Assembly: GCA_951406725.2 (NCBI GenBank)
Contig: OX597816.1
Span: forward strand, 154,938,001 to 155,002,000
DNA length: 64,000 bases
Direction of reading: 5' to 3'
Origin: Octopus vulgaris
Taxonomy: Eukaryota
The notes beneath the pieces are model-generated. The model saw only the letters and a list, made by a program, of their open reading frames with translations, did not search any database and was not told the DNA's origin. Each line of letters opens with the position of its first letter. The stretch's first letter is position 1. The translations under genes were made by a program, and so were the position numbers. Of the stretch, positions 26,985 through 39,144 are shown piece after piece.

Positions 26985-27544
26985 TTCTTAGCGTGTATGT
27001 ATACATGTATGTGATGTGCGTCTATAAGCATGTGTAAATGAGTGGGTGACTGTGTACTTCATTTCAACTACATTGAATATGATTTACACAGAATATACGA
27101 AAATTGCATTTCTTGACCGAATACTAATGTGACTGTGCATGAAGAAATAGGTCTGACTACTCTGAGAAAAATCTGTTCAATATACTTTTCACACGTACCT
27201 ATACAGATTCAAGAGATTCAATCATATATATTTGAACGTGTTAAATATAAATGTATCCGACTTTATTTGAATCACACCTGCTTAGTTTGTCTTTGATAAT
27301 AAATAAAATAGTAATAATAATAACGATAATATCTGTACATATACATACATACATACATACATACATACATACAAACAAACATACATTCATACATACATAC
27401 AAACATACATACATGCATATATATATACATATACATACATACATATATACAAACAAACATATATTCATGCATACATACAAACATCCATACATGCATACAT
27501 ATATATATATACATACATATATATATATACATACATATATACTA

Positions 27545-27775
27545 AATTACAGGTTTATACCTGTAATTTTTTGGGCCCTGGGATATGTAACACACTGTTT
27601 AAATTCCAATCTTGAGAAATTAGGCTTCTCAAAACCAGAAAGGAGAAAGCTAATTCGAAGACTACAGATCCAAATCATCACTGGAACTGTAAAAATCTGT
27701 AAAACTTTCCAGAAATTTAACATTCAAATATATATTAGCATTTCTAGATAAGTATATGCATGAGAATACATGTAA
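27545..27775 (+). mobile_element. 3' end of a second RLE non-LTR retrotransposon family, following an (ACAT)n tract
   Basis: YRFIPVIFWALGYVTHCL..NLEKLG..IQIITGTVKICKTF resembles the RLE C-terminus IPVIVGALG; the 3' UTR matches 37507 onward. Confidence 0.7.
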
Positions 27776-27779
27776 TTAC

Positions 27780-28621
27780 TTTATTTATCCCTTTTTTAAA
27801 GTGTTCCACTCTCCTGATCTTAGTATTTATATTGGACTTTATGTAAGTAACCCTTCTACTTAAGTACCCCTAAGAAACTATAATATCATGTATGGATTAA
27901 CACTAATAACATTTAAAACTTATAATATACCTCTTAGTTTATAATTAGTATCAAATTAGCATGTCCTATAACATCAATATTCCTTTAGCTAATACCAAGT
28001 ATCAGTCTTTATTGATCCAAGCTAAATAAGTAAATAAACAATATTAATTTTATAATACTTAAATTATTATACATTTCTATAAATCTTCTCTATTGATGTT
28101 AATAAGGTATATGTACTTTATCATGTTTTTAGTGATTAAATTATTTTATTCCATTTCTATGGTGTTCTACCCTACCTGATCATTTTATTATTTTATAATA
28201 GCCTTTATAAAATAAATCTAATATTTGTACCCCTATCAATTCATACTTAGCTATTTATAATATAATACCGGTATCTACACAAGCTGGATCTCTAACAAGT
28301 CTTTCTTCCTGATACCTTAGTAGCTTCTAAGCTGAAGTGAAGACAACATGTTCTTTATCTATCTCCTTACATCCTTGGAAGTTTTAGATAAAATTATACA
28401 AATGTGTTCATCTGATTTAATTTAATTTAATTCTATGTCTTTATGCAGCTGGGGATTGCTCTGTATTTAAACTGATGTAATGATTGCATTATTCAATTAT
28501 ATTATCTAAGGCCTTTTGTATATTTTCACATGTACTGTAGTTAGAATTTTTATATTAATATTATTGTTAGGTGTTCCAGTATTATGAGTATTACATATAC
28601 TCCTATTATTAGTTCTTATCT

Positions 28622-28697
<76 letters not shown>

Positions 28698-30416
28698 TTA
28701 ATTATTATTATTATTACAGTTGTTTTTATATTTGTTAATTTTTCTTTTATTAGAATAGATCTATATTAGAATAGGCTATAATAGATCCTATGTTTGGTGT
28801 TGTAGAAAAGGATAATTTAATCGATGATCTATTAAACATATGATGATATTTATGATACCCAAGAAAACTTTTTTTAACTATATTTAAAAACGTTTTTGCT
28901 AGACCCTTAATATTTAATGAAAATGGAGGTGTGTACCAAGTAATGTCTCTCTTTCCACTCCTATTAGGTAGTTTATTACATTTATATATTGGTTTTGGGA
29001 TTTGTATATTTTTCATTGAGTATTTATTGTTATTATTATATTTAGTTCTTTGCCTATCATTATTTTTTCTAGGTTCTTTATTATATTGCGTAGAAGTTTC
29101 TTAATTTTTTTATTAATTGTATATTATTGTTATATTTAAGGTTATCTTTATATCTTGTTTTAATATCGTATGTATTTTTGTTTAATTCCATTTATGCTAT
29201 GTAAATTTTTAGTTTAGTATCCTTTATGTATTTAATATTTTGTTTGAATCTGCTAGCAGCGAAAGCCTGATTGTAATAATTGGCATGATTATCAAAAATT
29301 TCTTCATTATAAGATAGGTCAGATATTCTAGTAGATATACTATTTACGATACTTTTAAGTAATGATATATGATGATTTGAATTAATATTTATATATTTTA
29401 GATATTCATTAAGTTTATGAAATGGAAAGTAGGTTTAATTATTAAGGTCTGAGGTTACATCTTAAAAATTTGCTGTAGAATAACTTTCCTCAAATGTGAT
29501 AGATAAACCAAACGTTTTATAACATTTTTGTAGTTCCTCTCTCATTTTTCCTATTTTACTTTTGGATCTACCGTTATAGACAAGAAGTGCGTCATCTCTA
29601 TATAATCCTCTCATCAAAGATGGGAAGTAGGGTTTACTCTCATATAATAAATATAATCCTACTAGATTTGTGATCTGTGCCGACTCCGACGATCCCATTG
29701 TAATATCAAATAAATTAAACTATTATTACCAGGTCGGCACCAAAATTTTTCATTGAATTCAATTAGTGTTTTTCTAGTTAATAGAATAATTTCCGATGGT
29801 GTAACGTCATTATGATTTTTGGCTAAAATTATAGCTTCATTTAATATAATTGGTAATATTGATACGTAATAGTTGTTCATGTCTAGTCTAATAGTAGGAT
29901 TAATATTAAAATCTAATTGATGGTCTTTCAGATTAAAATGTGGTGCATTTGGAGTATATATTTCCGTGCGGTGTTCAACGTCTAATTTACGCATAATTGT
30001 AGAATGTTCTTTATTTATCATTTCTAAACTTGATGGATTAGTAATTTTATAAGATTTACATAATTCTTTATGTAGAAATTCTTGATATTGAGTAGGAGTA
30101 AAAGAATATAAATTTCCTGTTTTATCAGAGAAAACATGTATATAAGATGATATCATAATATTGTTGACTATCTTGATAAGATTCTTTTGATATTAGGAAT
30201 AAAATAAAGAGAATTTTATGGATTTTATCATATCTAATATTGCATTTTCAAAGTCCATTAATAGTGGATTATGTGGAGGGTTTTTATATGATTTAAGTCC
30301 ATTAGTATTATTCCTTTGGTCATTTATCTTTCCTTTGTTGTCATAAAAGAATGCTTTCCATCTCATTCCTTTAATTAAGTCATTTGTTTTCTGAAGTAAT
30401 GCTAATAAATATGTGT
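27780..30416 (-). mobile_element. Naiad-type Penelope-like retroelement, decayed (N-terminus, RT, linker)
   Basis: LIKGMRWKAFF..GLKS..PP..L.DFE, SDKTGNLY, LKDH..F..NP.IRL, MGSSESAQITNLVGLYLL, GLYRDDAL, WYTPPFSLN..MFNRSSIKLSFSTTPNIGSII; truncated at the (TA)n tract. Confidence 0.88.
28623..28716. repeat. (TAA)n/(TTA)n microsatellite
   Basis: Direct reading. Confidence 0.95.

Positions 30417-30418
<2 letters not shown>

Positions 30419-30491
<73 letters not shown>
30419..30491. repeat. (TA)n microsatellite
   Basis: Direct reading. Confidence 0.97.
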
Positions 30492-30494
<3 letters not shown>

Positions 30495-30598
30495 TTCAGC
30501 AAAATTTAGATTCAGATGAATATGGTACTTAAGTTAAAGGCTCCAGAATTTGATATGGTGTTATCCATATAAATCAAATGGGGTTATTATAATTAAAA

Positions 30599-30660
30599 TC
30601 AAAAATAAGCAACAAGGATATCCAAGCAACTACTTTGGATATTCTTGTTGCTTATTTTGA
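30599..30660. repeat. Short hairpin inverted repeat (arms about 26 bp)
   Basis: AAAATAAGCAACAAGGATATCCAA..TTGGATATTCTTGTTGCTTATTTT. Confidence 0.85.
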
Positions 30661-30772
30661 GTATAATATATATGAATGTATATATATATATATATATGAT
30701 TTTGATTTTGATTTTTCCAGCTAATGAGCTGTGGCCATGCTGGGGCGGCACCGCCATATATATATATATATG

Positions 30773-31017
30773 CAAGGAAAAATTATAAAAAGGCAGAATG
30801 AAGGTAAATTTTAATGAAAATGGGTGTATGGAAAATTTTCTCAATTATAAAAAAAATTTGCTTTTCACCTTACAATTCTTGAAAAGTCGCATTGCGACGA
30901 AAACCGGTTTGAATTAATATATATATTAAAAAAAAAAAGTTTTAAAATTTTCCTACACCCATTTTCATTAAAATTTACCTTCATTTTAGCATTCTGCCTT
31001 TTTATAATTTTCCCTTG
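30773..31017. repeat. Inverted repeat (arms about 67-73 bp) enclosing a hammerhead motif
   Basis: CAAGGAAAAATTATAAAAAGGCAGAATG..GGAAAATTTT versus its reverse complement at 30945-31017. Confidence 0.9.
30874..30915 (+). ncRNA. Minimal type-I hammerhead ribozyme, U3-A8 core variant
   Basis: Stem I AATTC/GAATT, TTGAAAA, stem II GTCGC-ATT-GCGAC, GAAA, palindromic ACCGGT, then TT. Confidence 0.75.
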
Positions 31018-31067
31018 TCTTTCATTTCTCCACGTGCGGTCAACACAACCCCACCATTTATTGATTT

Positions 31068-31090
31068 ATATCTATCTATCTCTCTATCTC

Positions 31091-31181
<91 letters not shown>

Positions 31182-31203
31182 CTCTCTCTCTATATATATA
31201 TAT
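31068..31203. repeat. (TCTA)n microsatellite
   Basis: Direct reading. Confidence 0.95.
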
Positions 31204-31498
31204 TAAAGCTTGATTCTGAAGAGTTTCAAATTGTAAGACGTTCCCAGTAACGGGCTGTTACATAAACTGCAAGTCAGTTTAAACCAGAATATTAACTGAT
31301 AACTGAATGCCAAAACAACGCGTTCTTTAGTCTTCAACTGTTTCTGCTATAAGATGTGCTTCGAAGGTTGATTGGGCGTGAGGCATCATAAAGCTTCCAT
31401 TCTTTTAATAAGTGAAAGAATTCAGGGTCATTTGAATATTTGCAATTCATTAATAAGAAATAGACATTCATTACTGAGTCGAGTTACATCTAAATATG

Positions 31499-31530
<32 letters not shown>

Positions 31531-31601
31531 TGTATGTACGTATGTATGCATGCATGCATGCATGTATGTATATATGTATGTATGTATGTATCTGTCAATC
31601 A

Positions 31602-31693
<92 letters not shown>

Positions 31694-31704
31694 CTATCTT
31701 TTAT

Positions 31705-31892
31705 TTCTTACCTGTTTCAGTCATTAAACTGTGGCCATGCTGGGGCACCGCCTTGAAGTTTTAGTAGAATGAATCGACCCCAGTACTATGATTTAAAGCC
31801 TGGTACTTATTCGATCGGTCACATTTGCAGAACCACTAAGTTACAGGGACGTAAACCCACCAACACCGGCTGTCAAGTGGTGCTGGGCGTAC
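31705..31892 (-). mobile_element. SINE family A, 3' half
   Basis: Matches 6995-7175. Confidence 0.8.
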
Positions 31893-31982
31893 AAACCTCT
31901 ATGCATGTGCACTGTTCCTTGGAAATGAATTAAACCGCCATAGACGCACACATACACAAAACACAAGGAAATACAATGGCAA

Positions 31983-34560
31983 ATGCCTCACACACCCGAG
32001 CATAGAAACATGAAATTCTCTAACTCTAAAAACCACACAATACCTATAAATACCATAACTAATAATAACTCCAGAACTACGTTATGGTATAATACTCCGT
32101 TAGGGAAACAAATAATATCCAACATTCCCCGGCAGTTTTACACCGTGATCGAGAAACACTTTCCCAAGTCTACCAAGTACTATAAAATATTCAATACGCA
32201 CAATGTCCGACTTGCCTTCTCCACTAGCCGTAACCTAGCACAGATATAACCAGTTCACAATGCGAGTAGACTATCTCAGTTCTGAAGGACCGGTGAAAAT
32301 AGTACATTAAACAAGAATAATGAATCTATCAAAGATAATATTGCTTATCCGAATCCAGAAGAAAGGGTAGAAACAACTAACAACGGAATGGACCAGGGCA
32401 CTAAAACCAAAATAACACGCACAAGAATGAGGAGAAGTAGTACTCGAAGAACCAACACTCAAAAGAAACAACCCAAACACATACAAATACCTCCACAGCA
32501 GAGGGGGCGCGAACCGCAAGAAATACAAGCGCACAAACATCTATGCATAAGAAGCGTAGAAATAATACCAGACCGATGGAAACGAGGACAGCATGCCTTC
32601 TAATGGATGCTATAACATGATATATAATAGAAATAAGGAATTAAGTTCCGGCTACTGTGCCAGGGATGCGGTATGCCCTTTAGGCTCAAAATATTCGGCG
32701 AAAATCACTTCTGAGGGAAGAACGTTCTTCTGTATCGAGGCAAGCTGTCTTAATTTCAAGAAAAGTATGGCTAATCACTTAAATTCTTTTATGGATAAGA
32801 TAAAGGTGAATCATACTAGGATCTTTGTGGTTTTCGTCACTGCATGTCGAAATCTTTCAAAAACCTTATAGATGTAATTTTTGACGATGAATCCGAATTT
32901 GTTATTCATTTTTCCCAGAAAAATTGCAAGTTTTCAAAGTTTGATCATTTTTAGAATTTTCAGCAATCAGAAAACAGCGCGTTCGCAACGTCTTCCATCA
33001 TCAGGGGGAAAGGGGCACCGGTATGTCAAAATATTAAACTATTGACAGTAAACAGTGAAAAACCTTAAAACATTAGCGAGCAAATTAAATATTTAAAAGC
33101 TACAAACAAACCAACAGGAGTTGCTAGAAATAGTAGTCAAAACATTGAAATATACATGAGCAAAGTTAACAGTGAAAACAGTGAAAAACATTAAAAGATT
33201 CGCGAGCCAATTAAATATTTAAATGCTACGAACAAATCAATAGGAGCTGCTAGAATTAACAGTTAAAACATTGCTTAAAACAGACATTTATTAGTTTAAG
33301 AATTTCAAGAACAAAAGTTGTGGCCATCTCGTCACTGTTCAAAAATATCTATATCGTTCTAGAATCGAATCCCTTCTGTTAGGGAAATAAACAATTATAG
33401 AATACGTGATGGTTACACTCCTTATGCGCATGCGCAGCATCTTTGGTCACAACGGAAACAGAATTCTTCGCAATCAGCTATGGAACACGTGGTGCTTCTT
33501 TGCTTTGGTTACTATGGAAACCGAGTTCTTCGCCACGGTGATATGTAAAACACTTGCTTCTGATTGGCTAAAATACCCAAATTTTGCAAATTTTAAAAGC
33601 TAATAACTTTTTAATTATGGATTTATAAGAAAAATGAATTTCATTTTCCTACTTAGTATACAAAACTTAATCCATATATCAAATTTGAAAATAATTGGTA
33701 CAAAATTGTAAACAGATACGAAAACAGCATGGTTCCCAATACTAGCCTAAGCAAACTAACCTGGTCAAATAAAGACAGGAACCATACCTACACTATAGAG
33801 TATGAAATAATCAGTACAGCTAAACCATATCGGGCAGGAAAAAGTAGATATGACTTGTGTGTAGAAGAATTATACCAAATATCTGCATCGAGAGACGCAA
33901 TACTTAATATCAGAATTGAACAAGCCCTAAGATGACAAAACAAACACAAGACTTTTAAAAAATTGACAGAAGGTTCTAGCTAACCAATGCCCCACCCACA
34001 GTCGAGAGTGAAAGGACGGATAAAAGAATATATCTTAAACTTTAAAACTTCATGGCCCTCCTTAAGAAACCTAGCATATACTTTATCCAATGTAGACCAC
34101 ACAACATAAACAACACAGCCAAGAAAATGAATATATGAACAACTAAAAACTTTAAACTACGAGCATTACTCTTGAAATCATATCTACAGCGTACTCAACC
34201 ACTACAATAAACAAGAAGCCCTGCAAAAACACTAACATCAACCTTGACCTAATTAGACCGAACTCTGACTTCGGACAGCAGCTGGTGTGAATCTGAGGTC
34301 AACCGCACAAACCTAGAAACTGATCACATTTCAGTTTCAAAACAACCCCCACCACGACCATCTTCCCCCGAACTCTAAGTAACAAAAAACAAACTTCACT
34401 CAGTTTTCTTCGAAACTAGCCAAACTCTGAAGAAGCTACACCGAAAATCGTGCCAGGTTGCATCTGCAACTGCCCGTAATGTGTGCGGTGGAAAAACGTG
34501 CAGGTCATTAGGACCATAAAAATATACTGTATAAAATTGTAAAATAAGACGAAATAAATT
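31983..34560 (+). mobile_element. Naiad-type Penelope-like element, 3' part (linker, GIY-YIG and 3' tail), interrupted by a DNA transposon
   Basis: LWYNTP..IEKHFPK..KIFNTHNVRLAFST.RNLAQI; C.RDAVCPLG..FKK..ANHLNSF..NHT [insert] SLSKLTW..KD..EII..AKPY....DLC.EE..LNIR.E. Confidence 0.85.
32819..33736. mobile_element. Non-autonomous DNA transposon (possibly Merlin-like) inserted in the GIY-YIG coding region
   Basis: Degenerate GG-starting TIRs (GGATCTTTGTGGTTTTCGT versus reverse complement GGAACCATGCTGTTTTCGT); ATACTA duplicated at both junctions; the host frame NHT|SLS rejoins. Confidence 0.65.
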
Positions 34561-34599
34561 TTGAAAATGAACAGATTGCCAGGTTCGATAGAATTACTG

Positions 34600-34665
<66 letters not shown>

Positions 34666-34667
<2 letters not shown>

Positions 34668-35266
34668 TAATGTAGGATAAAATTTTTTTCGAAAAAAAGT
34701 TCTTTTCCCAAAAAATTTTATCAATGGCCAGCATATTAAAAAATACCTATAAAGGTTAAAATTATAAACAATTCATAAATAAGGGCAAACGAAAAATTTT
34801 CTAATGCCAAAAATTGGACATATTGTCCATTAACCATATAATTTTTTCACAATACGCACGCTACTCGAAAAAAGGTGGACAGAAATTTCTAAAAAAATTC
34901 CATTATTACCATATCGGACCGATTTCAGGGTTAGCTTATAACAGCCCTCCCTTCGTCAGTGATACAAGTGGCAAAAGAAATAAATGAGATACTTACTCAT
35001 ACCCATGGAAGAAGCAAACACTAAGTCATGAGCATAATTAAGTACCCCAAATACATCCAAAATAGAAATAACCAGCCCATTCGAGACACGTGTGATTTGA
35101 ACTGATGCTCTCACAGAGTGAAAGAGTCCGGAAGTGAACGCTTAAATTTATATCTAATGTAGGATAAAATTTTTTTCGAAAAAAATTATTTTCCAAAAAA
35201 ATTTTATCAATAGCCAGCATATTAAAAAATACCTTTAAAGGTTAAAATTATAAACAATTCATAAAT
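34666..35266 (-). mobile_element. Partial-tandem element (unit about 487 bp with a 115-bp terminal direct repeat) carrying a hammerhead; retrozyme/pLTR-like
   Basis: 34666-34780 is repeated at 35153-35266; TA-rich flanks. Confidence 0.8.
34907..34964 (-). ncRNA. Type-I hammerhead ribozyme with a canonical core
   Basis: Minus strand: TATCA-CTGACGA-AGGG..CCCT-GAAA-TCGGTCCGA-TA-TGGTA. Confidence 0.8.
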
Positions 35267-35379
35267 TTTATTTATGAAGTGTGTATATATATATGTATAT
35301 ATATATGTGTGTGTGTGTGTGTGTGAGGGGGTATATATGTATATATATATATGTATGTATGTGTGTGTGTGTGTGTGTT

Positions 35380-35590
35380 GGTTTCAAATTTTGGCCAACA
35401 CTAGAAATTTCGGGACAGAAGGTAAGTCGATTACTTGGGCCAAGTGAACAACTGGTACTTATTTTATCGATAACGCAAGGGTGAAAAGCTAAGTCGACCT
35501 CGGCGGAATTTGAACTCAGAACGGAAAGACAGACGACATGTCAATAAGCAATTTTGCCGGTCTGCCAGCAATCCTGCAAAGTCTTCGCCT
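35380..35590 (-). mobile_element. SINE family B
   Basis: CTGGTACTTATTTTATCGA..GTCGACCTCGGCGGAATTTGAACTCAGAACG. Confidence 0.8.
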
Positions 35591-36250
35591 CTCACACCCA
35601 CACGCCCTAAAGTCTATTTCTACGTCGAGTTATAATAAAAATAATACTTTTCGTGGAATATATACTGTATTTTACAAGAGCTGTGATAGTGACTTCGAAG
35701 TTTCGGTTTGCTAGCCTTCTGACGGTGCTACATTTAGGTTCATCCTTGCTTTATATATTATCTGGTAAATTTGGTCTCCTGGGGTAGGTGGAGCTATTTT
35801 GCATGATCATTACGTTGTAGCGTAAGTTCTGATGGAAAGATATTATAGGTTCTTACTTAAGACAGACGTGTATTATGATTTAGATTTCAGTCATGCGAGT
35901 CATACTTTGTAATCGTGTCTATTTAGGTGTGTAGGCTTGTTTTTTTAGGGTTCACAAAAGGCTGTAAGTAGGCGAAAAGGTTAGTTGATCAGCAGATGTG
36001 TTAATAGATTTGTTGGGACAATCTTTGGAAGATTTAACCTATTTGCTTTGGGATAGTGGAGGTTATTGTGCAGATTTCAGTCAAGCATGTAAAATTTTAT
36101 AATTTAGTCATCTCGTTTTCATAAAAGAATGTAAGTAGGTGGAAATGTTAGTAGGTCAGTGGATTTCTAACTAGATTAATCAGCTATTTTCACCTATTCT
36201 TTATACATCCCCATCCAACTCATATTACAGATCCTTTACATAACACTACA

Positions 36251-36450
36251 CCAGGCGTGGCTGTAGGGCAAAACGCTAGCTTCATAACCACATGGTTCCG
36301 CGTTCAGTTCCGTTGCATGTCACCTTGGGCAACTAACTTCTACTATAGCCTCAGGCCGACAAATATCTTGTGAGTGGATTTGGTAGGCGGAAACTAAAAG
36401 GAGCCGTCGTATATATACATACATACATACATACATATATATATATATAC

Positions 36451-36524
<74 letters not shown>

Positions 36525-36720
36525 CTGTGTTTGTCCCGCCACCATCACTTGATAATCGATGTTGGTGTGTCTACGTCCCTGTAACAAAGCGGTTCGACAG
36601 AAAATACAGACAGAATAAGTACCAGGCTTACAAAGAATAAGTTCAGGGGGTCGATTTCTTCGAATAAAATGTGGTGTTCCAGCATGGCTACAGCCAGTTG
36701 ACTGAAACAAGTAAAAGAAT
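36251..36720 (+). mobile_element. SINE family A with an expanded internal microsatellite
   Basis: Head, CTTGGGCAA core and GACTGAAACAAGTAAAAGA tail are all present. Confidence 0.85.
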
Positions 36721-36789
36721 ACTTTTGTATATACACCTTGCTATAAGTCTGATATTCAAACGTGTTAAATTATTCATTGTATTTGTGTA

Positions 36790-37082
36790 AATGTATGTGT
36801 TTGTATGTATGTATGCATGTATGTATGTATGTATGTATGTATGTATGTATGTATGTATGTATGTATGTATGTATGTATGTGTGTATGTATGTATGTATGT
36901 ATTTATGTATGTATGTATGTATGTATGTATTTATGTATGTATGTATGTATGCATGTATGTATGTATGTATGTATGTATGTATGTATGTATGTATGTATGT
37001 ATGCATGCATGTATGTATGTATGTATGTATGTATGTATGTATGTATGTATGTATGCATGCATGTGTGTATGTATGTATGTGT
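36790..37082. repeat. (TATG)n microsatellite
   Basis: Direct reading. Confidence 0.97.
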
Positions 37083-37505
37083 GGAAATACGTGTGTGGCT
37101 GCTTGTATGTGTACGTGTTTAGAATAAAGTAAAAGCGTGAATACGAAAATATTTAATGCTCTTATAATTTCGATGTAATACAAGATTTATAAATTCATAT
37201 TTTTTATGAAATTATTATGTTTTATGATATAAAGTTTTTAATCAGACACAAAAAGGTTTCGCAAAAAGTAATATAGCATTATATGTAAATTATTATAGTG
37301 TTCAATGATTCCCCGGTATTTTACTGAAATATTTCCGTGTTTTGTTTGTTCATTGAGAAAAGTTTTAATGCTATCGTTCAAAAATTGGAAGCGTGTAACC
37401 TGAAGTCGCTGTTAGTGAATAATTCTAAACAAAATGGATTGAACTATTTTCTCTCCTTATTGCTTGTGCTAGTTTTAGAAGCAAAATACAATAAACATAC
37501 ATACA

Positions 37506-37720
37506 TAAAAACTTTCCTGAGGTTTATCCTTTAAATATATATGAGCGTGTAGCATGAGAATACATGTATAAGGCAAAATATACAAATCTATACATATATA
37601 TATATATATACACAAACAAAAATATGTTGATGTTAAAGTTCTAATGAAGGAGACGTGAATCTAGGTTAAAGACCGGCTCTGTCTCTTTTGGCAAGAACTC
37701 TTGAAATAAAACTGAAAAAT
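37506..37720 (+). mobile_element. 3' UTR fragment of the (ACAT)n-associated RLE retrotransposon family
   Basis: AAAACTTTCC..AAATATATAT.AGC..GCATGAGAATACATGTA matches 27700-27775; ACATACATACAT lies on both sides. Confidence 0.65.
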
Positions 37721-37785
37721 GACATACATACATCCGTACGTACATACATACATACATACATACATACATACATACATACATACAT

Positions 37786-37819
<34 letters not shown>

Positions 37820-38057
37820 TTACACAAATACATGCAATCATTAAATATCTCGTTTAAACGAACGAAAATTGTGCTATCTACTTTGATATGTGTCTACCTA
37901 TATCATGTAAGTAGGTTTCCTGCCCTATATTTCTCATTACAGACGGCTCTAGCTATATTCTCAAATTTAGGATAAAATATTTCTGCTTGGTGTTTAAAAG
38001 ATCCTCTTTGCTCTGTCGTCTGTTACCAGTTGATTTATACACAAAGCTTTCGTTAGA

Positions 38058-38245
38058 TTGGTTTCAAATGGCACAAGTTTGTAATCTAGCGGAGGAGTTA
38101 AGTCTATTTCATCGACCTCAGTACTTAACTGGTACTTATTTCATCGGCCTAAAAAGGATGAAAGGCAAAGTAGACCTCGGTTGAATATGAACTCAGAACG
38201 TAAAAACGGGCGAAATGCCGCTAAATATTTTGCCCAGCATGCTGC
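38058..38245 (-). mobile_element. SINE family B
   Basis: AGGATGAAAGGCAAAGTAGACCTCGG..GAACTCAGAACG. Confidence 0.8.
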
Positions 38246-38457
38246 CCTAAGATATCTTCTTCAGATCTGCAATAAACCAACCGAGAAAGAAAAGGAAGGA
38301 AGTTGGTTAATGTGGATTCATTAGAGAATTAAGTCACTTATATTAAGTCATCGACCTTAAGCCATTGCTGTCTCGTCCAACAGGGGTGAATGGTATTCAT
38401 AGCCAGTAAAGAAATCTGATACCATACTACTCGTTATGGTCAGTGGTAGACTTTGCC

Positions 38458-38848
38458 TGCTGGCAGAAATGTTAGCACGCCGAGGGAAATGCTAAGCAGT
38501 ATTTCGTCTGCCGCTACGTTCTGAGTTCAAATTCCGCCGAGGTCGACTTTGCCTTTCATCCTTTCGGGGTCGATTAAATAAGTACAAGTTACGCACTGGG
38601 GTCGATATAATCAACTTAATCCGTTTGTCTGTCATTGTTCGTCCCCTCTGTGTGTAGCCCCTTGTGGGTAGTAAAGAAATAGGTATTTCGTCTGTCGTTA
38701 CGTTCTAAGTTCAAATTCCGCCGAAGTCGACTTCACCGTTCATCCTTTCGTGGTCGATAAATTAACTACCACTCGCGTACTGGGGTCGATCTAATTGATT
38801 GTTCCCTACCTTCAAAGTTTCGGGCTTTGTGCCTAGAGTAGAAAAGAT
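38458..38848 (+). mobile_element. SINE family B with a duplicated body
   Basis: Same unit and junction (GTAAAGAAATA|GGTATTTCG) as 22211-22790. Confidence 0.88.
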
Positions 38849-39033
38849 TTCGCTGACCACAACTGTATTTTGAAAACAATTGTCGAGGGTAAGTACTTAA
38901 ATATACAAAACAATTGGCATCTAGGAAACTACTAGTTCTTTAAGCCGAAAGTAACAAAATGTATTTGCTACAAATGAAGCTCAACATAAACAGTTTATAT
39001 TTAAAGTTAAGAATTAGTTATCAGGTATAATGG

Positions 39034-39085
<52 letters not shown>

Positions 39086-39144
39086 ACCAACTATTACTAC
39101 TACTGGTTTCAAATTGTACTTCAAGGCCAGCAAAAAGTCCTTTC

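Noticed and set aside
31212-31285. CTGAAGA followed by a long hairpin
   Set aside because: No intact GAAA and only a weak stem I; too degenerate to call
32972-33008. Minus-strand CTGATGA..GAA hammerhead-like motif
   Set aside because: Stem II does not pair, GAAA is incomplete and there is no stem I
34422-34510. CTGAAGA at the 3' end of the Naiad element, where a pLTR hammerhead is expected
   Set aside because: I could not assemble consistent stems I-III by eye
35095-35140. Plus-strand CTGATGC..GAAA motif
   Set aside because: A9 is missing and there is no stem I or III; the convincing ribozyme of this unit is on the minus strand at 34907-34964
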